From Thermodesulfobacteriota bacterium (GTDB lineage Bacteria; Desulfobacterota; Desulfobulbia; Desulfobulbales; DAOVYS01): DNA of 47,763 bases. Shown piece after piece: positions 36,205 through 45,628 of this stretch. The notes under the pieces are model-generated. The model was not told the origin of the DNA, ran no database searches, and worked only from the letters and a program-made list of their open reading frames with translations. The stretch lies in assembly GCA_034659175.1 (NCBI GenBank), contig JAYEGR010000027.1:1-47763 (forward strand), read 5' to 3'. Each line of letters opens with the position of its first letter. The stretch's first letter is position 1. Both the position numbers and the translations under genes were made by a program.

Positions 36205-36472
36205 ATTCAACACCTCCTTCACATATGGTTTATAAAATACTTAGCCCTTCAATTCTCCGGGAGATCTTTACAGTACTGCAAAGATCATCTGAACTCAGAA
36301 AATTTCCAGGCGCTATTACTATTACTATAAGGCTTTAAGCTGACGCCTTTTACCAGCAAATTTTTGCTATGTCAAGGTTAAACTTCCCCGATATGCGGCC
36401 CGGTCATTGCTTCCAGGTAACATCGAAAAACCGGTTGAACTACCGATAATCCGTATGAAGCGGGCAATTCCG

Positions 36473-39136
36473 TCATGAGAGGGTGAGCTGAAGAGTTTCA
36501 TGATTATGCCATCTCTTCCTCTTCCACAACTTTTCTGTTTCTACTGCAAAAAATACCACACTTGACAGGGCCAGTGTCAACATCAATTCATACAGAGTCA
36601 GAGGCTCTGTATGAAAAACCGGATTTAAAAATGGTACATATACTGTGGACATCTGAAGGACAAAGGTTAAGAGAATGGCGCCCAACAGAGGTTTGTTGCC
36701 GGATATCCCGATTTTAAATAACGAATCCTGCTCAGAGCGAACCGCCATAGCAACAGCCATTCTGCCAATAACCAGCGATGTGAATATCATTGTCTGCCAG
36801 GGCATGTCCTCTTTCATGGCAAATGCTTGAAAAAACAGAGCGGTTATCCCGATAACCAGTCCGAATTTGATTATAAAAAAACCTCTGCCATGGGCAAATA
36901 CCCCCTCATCAGAATGCCTTGGAGGTCTGTTCATCGCATTTTTCTCGGGAGGTTCCGCGGTAAGGGCAAGTCCCGGGAGGCTGTCCGTAAGGAGATTCAT
37001 CCACAATATCTGGATCGGAATCAAGGGAAGAGGAAGTCCGAAAAACGGGGCAAGGAATATTGCCCATAATGTCCCTGCATTTGAGGTCATGGAGTATATG
37101 ATAAATTTCAGTATATTGTCATAAATGCGCCTTCCTTCTTTTACAGCATTGACAATGGTTGCAAAGTTATCATCAAGGAGTATCATGGAAGATGCCTCTT
37201 TTGCAACTTCCGTCCCGGTAATACCCATTGCTACGCCTATATTTGCCCTCTTAATCGCCGGCGCATCATTTACACCATCTCCTGTCATGGCAACAAACTG
37301 TCCTTTATCCTGAAGGGCCTTTACTATCTTTAATTTCTGCTCAGGGGCCACCCTTGCATATACTCTTATATGTTCAACCCTTTTTTTAAAATCTTCCAGC
37401 GACAATTTGTCAAGTTTTCTCCCAGTGGTTATTGCCTTTGAGTCATCATCTAAAATTCCGAGTCTTTTAGCTATGGTCCTTGCTGTAATAGGATGATCAC
37501 CGGTTATCATCACCGGCCTTATTCCTGCAGTTTTACAGAGGGCAACCGCCTTTTTCGCCTCTTCCCTGGGCGGGTCCATCATGCCTGCGAAACCTAAAAT
37601 AGTAAGCCCTGTTTCCACATTCTCAGGGGATATATCCTCGGGCAGGCTATCCCATTTTCTCATGGCCATGCCAAGAATTCTCAAACCATCAGCAGCCATT
37701 TTTTCATTTACTCTTGAGATATCACCTATATCAAAAGATATTAATCCGTCAGATGTCAAAACATCTTTTGATTTTTCAATCATTACCTCTATTGCTCCCT
37801 TTGTAACGGAAATAAATCCCCCTTCGCCCCCCTTTAGTAAAGGGGGGCGAAGGGGGATTTTATGAAAGGTGGTCATGCATTTCCTATCAGAATCAAAGGG
37901 AATCTCAGCAACACGCGGAAAGTCTTTTTCCAGTTCTTGTTTGTCAAAACCATTATTTTTTGCAATGTTATACAGAGCAATTTCAGTGGGATCACCAATA
38001 ATATCGCCTTCTGCATTTATCCGTGCGTCATTACTTAATGCCATAGCCTTGAATAACAAGGATTGAGGATGGGGCGGCTGCATATCCTTAACCCCTGACA
38101 CCTTTCCGTTTGCATAAATCTCCTCCACCGTCATCTTGTTTAAGGTCAGTGTGCCTGTCTTATCAGAACAAATGTACGAAACAGAGCCAAGGGTTTCCAC
38201 GGCAGGGAGTTTTCTAATGAGGGCATTTTGCCTTACCATGTTTTTTGCGCCAATGGCGAGGGCTATTGTTATAACTGCCGGCAATGCTTCCGGTATAGCA
38301 GCGACCGCAAGGCTTATGGCAGTTAAAAGCATCAGCGCAACAGGTTCGCCCCTCATCAGCCCTGCTACAAATACTATGGCGCATATGACCAGGATTGCTA
38401 TGGCAAGTCTTTTCCCAAATGCTGCAAGCCGTTGCTGAAGGGGAGTTTTTAAATTTTTTTCCTCCTGGAGCAGGGTTGCAATCTTTCCTATCTCTGTTTC
38501 CATACCGGTAGCAACAACTGCGCCTGATCCTCTCCCATATGTAACGATAGTTCCCTGATATGCCATATTTTTCCGGTCGCCAATGGGCAGATGTGAGTCG
38601 TGAAGCCTGTTTGTATGTTTTTCAACAGGGAGTGATTCCCCTGTCAGGGCAGCCTCTTCCACCTTGAGGTTTGCAGTTTCAAGCAATCGCATATCAGCAG
38701 GTATTATTTGACCGGCTTCAAGCAAAACAATATCTCCCGGCACAATCTCAGAGGCCTTGATGCCGGCAGGCATTCCAGCCCTCAACACGGTTGATACCGG
38801 GGCCGCCATTTTTTTAAGGGCTGCCATTGCCTCCTCTGCCCTGTACTCCTGAATAAATCCTATAATCGCATTCAAGATAACTATTGCGATAATTGCTGTC
38901 GCATCAACAGGCTTTCCTGCAATACCGGCAATTACGGCTGCAACAATGAGAACGATGATCATAAAGTCCTTGAACTGGTCAAGGAGCATCATAAAAGGAG
39001 TCTTTTTTTTCTTTTCCTTTAACTCATTGGGACCATATTGCCCAAGTCGCTTTTGTGCTTCTTCCAGAGAAAGGCCATGAAGAGATGATCCTATATCTTC
39101 AACAGCCTCCTTTACTCCCTTTTGATGCCAGCGCAT
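36473..39136 (-). CDS. P-type cation-transporting ATPase (P2, Ca2+/SERCA-PacL-like)
   Basis: Motifs are ICSDKTGTLT, MITGDHPITA, TGDGVNDAPA and PEALPAV (TM4 PEGL-like). 887 aa. Confidence 0.9.
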   Translation of the reverse strand: MRWHQKGVKEAVEDIGSSLHGLSLEEAQKRLGQYGPNELKEKKKKTPFMMLLDQFKDFMIIVLIVAAVIAGIAGKPVDATAIIAIVILNAIIGFIQEYRAEEAMAALKKMAAPVSTVLRAGMPAGIKASEIVPGDIVLLEAGQIIPADMRLLETANLKVEEAALTGESLPVEKHTNRLHDSHLPIGDRKNMAYQGTIVTYGRGSGAVVATGMETEIGKIATLLQEEKNLKTPLQQRLAAFGKRLAIAILVICAIVFVAGLMRGEPVALMLLTAISLAVAAIPEALPAVITIALAIGAKNMVRQNALIRKLPAVETLGSVSYICSDKTGTLTLNKMTVEEIYANGKVSGVKDMQPPHPQSLLFKAMALSNDARINAEGDIIGDPTEIALYNIAKNNGFDKQELEKDFPRVAEIPFDSDRKCMTTFHKIPLRPPLLKGGEGGFISVTKGAIEVMIEKSKDVLTSDGLISFDIGDISRVNEKMAADGLRILGMAMRKWDSLPEDISPENVETGLTILGFAGMMDPPREEAKKAVALCKTAGIRPVMITGDHPITARTIAKRLGILDDDSKAITTGRKLDKLSLEDFKKRVEHIRVYARVAPEQKLKIVKALQDKGQFVAMTGDGVNDAPAIKRANIGVAMGITGTEVAKEASSMILLDDNFATIVNAVKEGRRIYDNILKFIIYSMTSNAGTLWAIFLAPFFGLPLPLIPIQILWMNLLTDSLPGLALTAEPPEKNAMNRPPRHSDEGVFAHGRGFFIIKFGLVIGITALFFQAFAMKEDMPWQTMIFTSLVIGRMAVAMAVRSEQDSLFKIGISGNKPLLGAILLTFVLQMSTVYVPFLNPVFHTEPLTLYELMLTLALSSVVFFAVETEKLWKRKRWHNHETLQLTLS
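37814..37860. repeat. Perfect 47-bp palindrome inside the ATPase coding sequence
   Basis: AAATCCCCCTTCGCCCCCCTTTA-g-TAAAGGGGGGCGAAGGGGGATTT has 23-bp arms (37814-37836 and 37838-37860) that pair without mismatch around the G at 37837. It is translated on the minus strand as IPLRPPLLKGGEGGFI. Confidence 0.9.
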
Positions 39137-39205
39137 AAATTTTTCCCATACCCTTCTTCTTTTTCACCCTGCTTTTTTACTTTGACGGCAAAGGTCTCGT
39201 TTGTT

Positions 39206-39323
39206 AGTACCTTAGAAAATATTTTCTGCGCGTTTCTGGCAGAAAATATTTTCTAAGGTACTTATACCCAGGGGGTACTGAAAATAGTCCAGGACCTTTA
39301 AAGAATTCCAGTTTATCCGGGTT
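39206..39323 (-). repeat. Family-4 intergenic repeat, copy Y, including a perfect 24-bp inverted repeat
   Basis: AGTACCTTAGAAAATATTTTCTGC (39206-39229) is the exact reverse complement of 39239-39262, with a 9-nt spacer. Each arm holds the 12-bp palindrome GAAAATATTTTC. The remainder (39263-39323) matches the reverse complement of 29813-29878. Confidence 0.7.
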
Positions 39324-39328
39324 AGGCT

Positions 39329-39730
39329 TTAAATCTCAGAAACCACCCGGTTTTCATCCACCCATAATCCTATGATCTGCACATTAAGACCCCAGGATTT
39401 AACGGTTTTAATTGCAGAGATAATGTGTGTTGTTTGTGTTTCTTTGTCCGCAGGATTTCCTGCACAGTCATGATGTCCCACTATGGCAATCTGTTTTGAA
39501 TTATGGCGTTCAATCGAGATTTTAACTCTTTTTTTAATCGATTCAATCGTAGTTTTGTCCCCATTCTCAGCCAGGATCTTGTTAGGACCCGGCTCGGTAA
39601 CCATGTCCACGTAATCTAAACCATACCTGCTTTTCATATATTCAATTACAGGTAGCTGCACCCTGCCGTCCATACAGTTAATAGCCGTTACAAATATATT
39701 ACTTGCCCCCATTGCCTTAACGTTCTTCAT
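39329..39730 (-). CDS. Small beta-carbonic-anhydrase-like zinc-motif protein (function uncertain)
   Basis: CMDGRV (CxDxR) and IAIVGHHDCAG (HxxC) resemble the beta-CA zinc ligand motifs, but at ~133 aa it is shorter than typical beta-CAs. The start is set at ATG 39730, after GGAGAGGTGG. Confidence 0.5.
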   Translation of the reverse strand: MKNVKAMGASNIFVTAINCMDGRVQLPVIEYMKSRYGLDYVDMVTEPGPNKILAENGDKTTIESIKKRVKISIERHNSKQIAIVGHHDCAGNPADKETQTTHIISAIKTVKSWGLNVQIIGLWVDENRVVSEI

Positions 39731-39889
39731 GACGGAAACCACCTCTCCTGAAATTTATGTCGCCTGATGCATGTTGAGGGGCTTGCCTGGAGTAGAGCCG
39801 ACTAATAGGAGGCGTAGCGTAAGCAAGTCCCCTCAACGATTCGTTATGTTGTATTCAGGTTTACATTATTGCATACTGGATATCATGTT

Positions 39890-40096
39890 TTATTTCTCCT
39901 CGGCAGGCTCGGCGATTTCTTCGACTTTGACCTCGGATTCTTCGACGGCGACTGTCACGTCTTTAATTGTCTCCTGTGCTTTATCGACTGTCTCTGTTAA
40001 TGCATTCTTCGGTTCCTCTGCCTGTTCGCAGCCAACCAGACCTGTCAGTGACAGCATGCATACCAGTACCAGTATTGATCTAATAAAAGTCCTCAT
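39890..40096 (-). CDS. Small acidic lipoprotein (68 aa), unknown function
   Basis: The signal peptide has the lipobox LTGLVGC. The mature part is rich in Glu/Lys/Val (EESEVKVEEIAEPAEEK). Confidence 0.55.
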   Translation of the reverse strand: MRTFIRSILVLVCMLSLTGLVGCEQAEEPKNALTETVDKAQETIKDVTVAVEESEVKVEEIAEPAEEK

Positions 40097-40535
40097 TGTT
40101 TGTCTCCTTAATAATTAGAATTTTTTTTGGGCATCAATGCTTGCTCAAGGGATTCATTACCGCCTATTGTACTCAGGGCTCGGTCAAAAATAACTTGGCA
40201 TTTTTGACCGATCCATTATTGTGCCTCACCTCCTTTTTGAAACCTGATGTGAAGATTATTTTTCATATAAATCAGTAATGTCAACGTAGATTTCTACAAT
40301 TGGAATCAGAATTTTTTGATAATGTCGATTTTCCTTCCAACCCCGTTAATTCATCGTCTTCGAAATTTTGAGGCTTTGATAAAAATCGTACATCTGAAAA
40401 ATTTAACCACAATAGTATGAAACGAAAAAATATTCTAAAACAATGCCTTTGCAAAGGAAAATATAGTAAATAGTGGATAAATATCCAAACAGCTATCAGA
40501 AATTTTGCAAACTCAAAAAAACAACTTAAACATTA

Positions 40536-42299
40536 ATGACCTCTTCACGTGAAAATATTGTTCATGAAATCAAGGATCTGTCCGATATAGTTGAAATCAT
40601 CGGTGAATATGTCAGCCTTGTGAGAACCGGTGCAAATTTTAAGGGGCTTTGTCCCTTTCATTCGGAAAAAACACCCTCTTTCATCGTAAATCCGGGCAGG
40701 AGATCGTTTCACTGTTTCGGCTGCGGCGAGCACGGAGATGTTTTTACCTTTCTGCAGAAGTATCATAACCTCACATTCCCGGAGGCGCTTGACGAACTGG
40801 CAAGGCGCTGCCGGATTACACTACCTGAAAAGCCATATTCAAAAGAAGATCAGGCAAAGGTTGAAAAACGCGACAGAATTCATGATGCCAATGAAAAGGC
40901 CTCGGAGATTTATCACGACTTTCTTTTGAACAGTCCTGCAGGCAAGGCTGCCCGTGAATATCTTCAGGAAAGGGGAATGACCTCGGAGATTATAAGCTCT
41001 TACCGTCTGGGCTTTGCGCCGGAAAGCTGGGATTTTCTCAGTAAAGAGTTTCGCACGGCAGGGGTGGCGCTTGAGACTGCAAAAGAAGCCGGCCTTATCG
41101 TACCCAGAGACCGGGGAGGCCACTATGACAGGTTCAGGAAAAGGATATTGTTTCCGATTTACGGGCTTACCGGTCGAATCGTGGGCTTTGGGGGCCGTAT
41201 CCTTGGCGAAGGCCAGCCTAAATACCTGAATTCACCTGAAACCCTGGTTTTTGACAAGAGTCGGATATTATTCGGCCTTTATCAGAACCGAAAGTCTGTC
41301 CGAAAAAAAAAGAAGTGCATAATTGTTGAGGGCAATTTTGACCTCCTGGCGCTCCTGGCTTATGGAATCGGAAATGTAGCTGCTCCCATGGGCACGGCCC
41401 TTACCAGGTTTCATCTCCGGACGATCAAGAGATACACGGACGAGGCCGTCCTGCTTTTTGACGGTGATTCCGCGGGACTCAAGGCTGCACTGCGCGCAGT
41501 GCCCCTTTTTTTAAGCGAACAGATGACTGCCCGAATTGCGGTTCTTCCAGACAGCCATGACCCTGATACGTTTGTGCGAAAATATGGGAGTGATGAGCTT
41601 GAAAAATTGTTTGAGTCTGCCTTTTCTCTACCGGAATTCGTATTTGACAGGCTTGAAAAAAAACATGGATTAACAGTTCAAGGCAAGGGACGGATCCTGA
41701 ACGAACTCAAGCCCGTGGTTGATGCAATCAGCGACCGTCACATGCAGCGGACTCTCTTTGTTTCCCACTTTGCCGGCAAACTGGGATTAACGCAGGAACA
41801 GTTTGCAGGCGGGTTTCAACCAACAGCAACTCCACATGGACTTCCGGAAAAGGGGACAACCGACGGGAAAATTCAGATTCCGTTTAATCAACGACAGGTG
41901 GTTGAATTTCTGGTGGGTTATCCGGAGTATTTTAAACGTTTTTTTGATGCCGGCATGGAAGACATAATGACCGATGTCTTTTGCCGGACTTTCATAAACA
42001 ACCTGAAAAAAACCGACCATGACACTTCAACCTCCGGGCCGGAACGATTTCTGGAATTTTTTCCTTCCGGACCTGAAAGGACCTTTTTGTCCGGACTTCT
42101 GGTTTCACTTCCCACCTTTCCAGACGATGTAAAGGAAGCCATGGCCGAAGAAATGGAGGCATGGTTTAAAAAAAACAGCCTGAAAAAAGAAAAGGAACGG
42201 TTGACAAGAGAAATCAATGAAGCTCAGCAAGCCGATAACGAGGTACTGTGGATGGAGCTGATCCAGAAAAAAAAGCTGCTTGACGAGAGTCAGGCATGA
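40536..42299 (+). CDS. dnaG: DNA primase
   Basis: The zinc finger is CPFHSEKTPSFIVNPGRRSFHCFGCGEHGD. The TOPRIM region shows IIVEGNFDLL...LLFDGDSAG. Confidence 0.9.
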   Translation: MTSSRENIVHEIKDLSDIVEIIGEYVSLVRTGANFKGLCPFHSEKTPSFIVNPGRRSFHCFGCGEHGDVFTFLQKYHNLTFPEALDELARRCRITLPEKPYSKEDQAKVEKRDRIHDANEKASEIYHDFLLNSPAGKAAREYLQERGMTSEIISSYRLGFAPESWDFLSKEFRTAGVALETAKEAGLIVPRDRGGHYDRFRKRILFPIYGLTGRIVGFGGRILGEGQPKYLNSPETLVFDKSRILFGLYQNRKSVRKKKKCIIVEGNFDLLALLAYGIGNVAAPMGTALTRFHLRTIKRYTDEAVLLFDGDSAGLKAALRAVPLFLSEQMTARIAVLPDSHDPDTFVRKYGSDELEKLFESAFSLPEFVFDRLEKKHGLTVQGKGRILNELKPVVDAISDRHMQRTLFVSHFAGKLGLTQEQFAGGFQPTATPHGLPEKGTTDGKIQIPFNQRQVVEFLVGYPEYFKRFFDAGMEDIMTDVFCRTFINNLKKTDHDTSTSGPERFLEFFPSGPERTFLSGLLVSLPTFPDDVKEAMAEEMEAWFKKNSLKKEKERLTREINEAQQADNEVLWMELIQKKKLLDESQA

Positions 42300-42488
42300 T
42301 GCGGTTTTAAATGCGCTTCAGATACAGGCCGTCAAAAAAATTTTCAAAAAAGACATTTTTTCTTGCAACCATTTGGTTTTATTTTACTTTGACATGCCAT
42401 CCGTCACCCGGTATTATCGATATCCAATTTTGAACCCTGAACCGCAATCAACAGATCTTATCGGGATCTAAATACTCAAGCGCCCACA

Positions 42489-42635
42489 GTAAATATTCGG
42501 CTTGATGTCGGAAAACAGCTGGAAACACCAAAATGTAAATGTTTGGCAGCGCACCCCAAGGGCACTTCCTGCGGGGCGCTTCACAGGGAGTCAGCAGGCT
42601 GATCGCCTTACTGTTGAGTGCTTCCGAATATTTAC
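42489..42635 (+). repeat. Family-1 repeat, copy D (intermediate form)
   Basis: The 5' end is GTAAATATTCGGCTTGATG. The core GCACCCCAAGGGCACTTCCTGCGGGGCGCT is present, and it ends CCGAATATTTAC. The 5' half is nearly identical to copy C. Confidence 0.8.
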
Positions 42636-42650
42636 CGCCCACAAAAATAA

Positions 42651-44381
42651 TTGTCATATAATACTGGATCCTGGAGCAAAAGTTTGGCCGAAAAACGAGT
42701 AACCCCAAAAAGAAGAGCAGGCCGTCCCTCCAAACGCGTTCAACAGGGACTCAAGGCGCTTTATGCGAGTCAGGATCATCCGGATGACACCGGCGGCACG
42801 CTGTATGAAGACAAAGAGGATCGGCCTGACGACCTGACCGCCATATTTGGGGGAAACGCCCGCGGGGAAACGGGCAAGGTCGATTTTCCTGTAAAAAAAA
42901 TAGTAAGAGGATCGGGAAAGGGCCGAAAAGAAAAAAATGAAGATGAGACGAAATTCCGAAAGCGCACGTCCTCTATCTCCAGACTGAAAAGTGAGCCGGT
43001 CAATCTTGATCCTGTCAAGGTATATCTCCGAGAAATGGGCGAGGCATCCCTGCTCTCCACCAAAAAAGAGGTCAAAATCTCCAAAACAATAGAGCAGGGT
43101 GACAAACAGGTACAGAATGCCCTTCTTTCCCTTCCTGTGGCCCTCTCTTTTTTAAAGGACTTGACGCTCAAACTGAAGGCCTGCGAGATTTCCATTACTG
43201 CAATATTAAGAGGTTATGTTGACACTGATCCCTATGTTGCCGAAGCAAGGGAAAGATTTATGTGGCAGGTGGGTGAGGCGATCAGGATGGAAAAGGAAAG
43301 GGCGGCCTTTCGTTCAGACCTTCATCGCCAGGGAATTGATCAACACGAAACCGTCAAATTAATGATAAGGATTGATCGAACAACCTCCTCAATCGTCCGC
43401 CTTTTCCAGGAAGACAGGATTCAGACCAAGCATATTAAAAAAATCCTCTTAAAAACCAGAAAGCTTTTCCATAAAATGGAGGAACTACGGAATGAGTCCT
43501 TAACTAATGGGGGTTCTAACGACAGACGCATAATGCCAAGAACCGCGGGCGCTCCGCCGGAAATGATGCTGCGTCGTATGGAGGACGCTATGGGCACGGA
43601 CTATGAAGGGTTTAAACAGGCCCTTGATGCTGCGGCAGCCGGCGAAGCCTTTGCCAGAGAAGCAAAGAGTGAATTAATTCGGGGTAATCTCAGACTCGTA
43701 GTCAGTGTAGCCAAAAAATACTGCAACCGCGGATTACAGCTCCTTGACCTTATCCAGGAAGGGAATATCGGTCTCATGAGGGCCGTTGAAAAATTTGAGT
43801 ATCGGCGGGGACATAAATTCAGTACATATGCAACCTGGTGGATCAGGCAGGCCATCAACCGAGCCATCGCCGACCAGGGGCGGACCATACGCATTCCGGT
43901 TCACATGATTGAGACTATCAACCGGCTGCTCAAGGGTTCAAAAGATTTTGTCAGGCAGATGGGGCGGGAACCGACACCCGAGGAGATGTCGGAACGGCTT
44001 GAAATTGACCTTGAAAAAATTAGAAATGTCATAAAAATTTCTAAAGAACCACTCTCTCTCGATACCCCGATAGGTGAGGAGGAAGACTCAAGTCTTGGAG
44101 ATTTCATAGAAGATGTTGACACATTGTCTCCCTTTGACGCGACTATAAAGGATGATCTGCGAAAAAATCTACATAATGTCTTAACGACTCTCACACCAAG
44201 AGAAGAGCATATACTGCGCATGCGGTTCGGCATTGACACAAAAACGGATCTCACCTTGGAAGAGGTTGGAAAGGCCTTTTCAGTCACCAGGGAACGTATC
44301 CGCCAGATTGAAGGCAAGGCGCTTAAAAAATTGAAACATCCGAACAGGAAAAAAACACTTTCCTGTTTTATCAAGGATTGA
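42651..44381 (+). CDS. rpoD: RNA polymerase sigma factor RpoD (sigma-70)
   Basis: Region 2 is [37 protein letters not shown] and region 4 is [20 protein letters not shown]. The start is uncertain: ATG at 42651, or TTG at 42684, which lies 8 nt after GGAG. Confidence 0.9.
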   Translation: MSYNTGSWSKSLAEKRVTPKRRAGRPSKRVQQGLKALYASQDHPDDTGGTLYEDKEDRPDDLTAIFGGNARGETGKVDFPVKKIVRGSGKGRKEKNEDETKFRKRTSSISRLKSEPVNLDPVKVYLREMGEASLLSTKKEVKISKTIEQGDKQVQNALLSLPVALSFLKDLTLKLKACEISITAILRGYVDTDPYVAEARERFMWQVGEAIRMEKERAAFRSDLHRQGIDQHETVKLMIRIDRTTSSIVRLFQEDRIQTKHIKKILLKTRKLFHKMEELRNESLTNGGSNDRRIMPRTAGAPPEMMLRRMEDAMGTDYEGFKQALDAAAAGEAFAREAKSELIRGNLRLVVSVAKKYCNRGLQLLDLIQEGNIGLMRAVEKFEYRRGHKFSTYATWWIRQAINRAIADQGRTIRIPVHMIETINRLLKGSKDFVRQMGREPTPEEMSERLEIDLEKIRNVIKISKEPLSLDTPIGEEEDSSLGDFIEDVDTLSPFDATIKDDLRKNLHNVLTTLTPREEHILRMRFGIDTKTDLTLEEVGKAFSVTRERIRQIEGKALKKLKHPNRKKTLSCFIKD

Positions 44382-44441
44382 TTTTTTGCCTTCCCAGCCC
44401 GCCCCCTTGAGTAATCGTGTCCTGTACAGGAGGATTTTCGC

Positions 44442-45563
44442 TTGGCCTCAGATGATCTTCAGGATTGGCTGACACTTTATTTTACTCCGGGGTTGGGCCC
44501 AGCCGGCTTAAAGCAACTGATTGATTATTTTGGAGGGCCCAGACAGATCCTTGATGCTGAATATGGTGACATTGTCACGGTTCCAGGGGTCAGAAAGGCG
44601 GCCGCAACAAAAATTTGCAGCGGCCAGGCCCTTGAAAAGGCTAAAAAAGAACTTGAACGTACTGAAAAGGCGAATATTTCAATCGTCACCTTGAATGACC
44701 CTGCCTATCCTGCAATCCTTCGTAATATTCATGACCCTCCATTTCTGCTCTATGTAAAGGGTGACCCGAAAGCCCTTGATTGCGCCGGGATCGGAGTAGT
44801 GGGTGCCAGAGCGGCAACGGAATACGGGAAGCATGTTTCTAAAAATTTGGCCGCTCGACTGGCACGGAAAGGGCTTACTGTAATCAGCGGGTTGGCCCTG
44901 GGAATTGACACGGCCGCGCACAAGGGCGCCCTTGCGGCAGGCGGTAAAACCATTGGGATCTTAGGCTGCGGGATCGACGTCGTTTACCCCAGGCAAAACA
45001 TCAGGCTCTTCAGGGAAGTCTCCGAATCAGGGGCTATTGCGACTGAATATCCAATGGGTACCAGGCCGGAGGGATATCATTTCCCGGCACGAAATAGAAT
45101 AATAAGCGGCCTTTCTCTTGGAGTAGCGGTAGTCGAGGCCGCACGCAAATCCGGCTCCCTGATCACGGCACAGCTTGCCCTGGACCAGGGCCGCGATGTC
45201 TTTGCCATTCCCGGACGAGTGGATTCCAGCAAAAGCGAAGGCGCTCACCGGCTGCTTCAGGATGGAGCAAAGCTCGTCCTTTCCGTGGATGATATTATTG
45301 AAGAGCTGAATCCGGGACTTTTGGGGAAATATTTTAAGCCTGCGGAAAACGGTTCAGACAATAAAAAAAATTTTCAGGGTCTTGACGCTGAGGCCAACCG
45401 GATCTATTCATTTCTTGATGTGTATCCCAAGAGCATTGATGAAATCATCCGAGGCACCGGCCTGACGGCTCAAAAAGTCTCTGAGCTGCTTCTTACAATG
45501 GAACTTAAAGGGATGGTAGCCGCCCTGCCCGGCAAGCAGTACCGGAAGGTAGTGGATATATAG
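44442..45563 (+). CDS. dprA: DNA-processing protein DprA
   Basis: It shows the Rossmann-like DprA core (GIGVVGARAATEYG...VISGLALGIDTAAHKGAL...VVEAARKSGSLITA). The TTG start lies 8 nt after AGGAGG. Confidence 0.85.
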   Translation: MASDDLQDWLTLYFTPGLGPAGLKQLIDYFGGPRQILDAEYGDIVTVPGVRKAAATKICSGQALEKAKKELERTEKANISIVTLNDPAYPAILRNIHDPPFLLYVKGDPKALDCAGIGVVGARAATEYGKHVSKNLAARLARKGLTVISGLALGIDTAAHKGALAAGGKTIGILGCGIDVVYPRQNIRLFREVSESGAIATEYPMGTRPEGYHFPARNRIISGLSLGVAVVEAARKSGSLITAQLALDQGRDVFAIPGRVDSSKSEGAHRLLQDGAKLVLSVDDIIEELNPGLLGKYFKPAENGSDNKKNFQGLDAEANRIYSFLDVYPKSIDEIIRGTGLTAQKVSELLLTMELKGMVAALPGKQYRKVVDI

Positions 45564-45628
45564 GGGTGCTGGGTTCAATAAATCACTCCTTAATCAGCAA
45601 TAATTTACAAGGTCTGTAATAATAAAAA

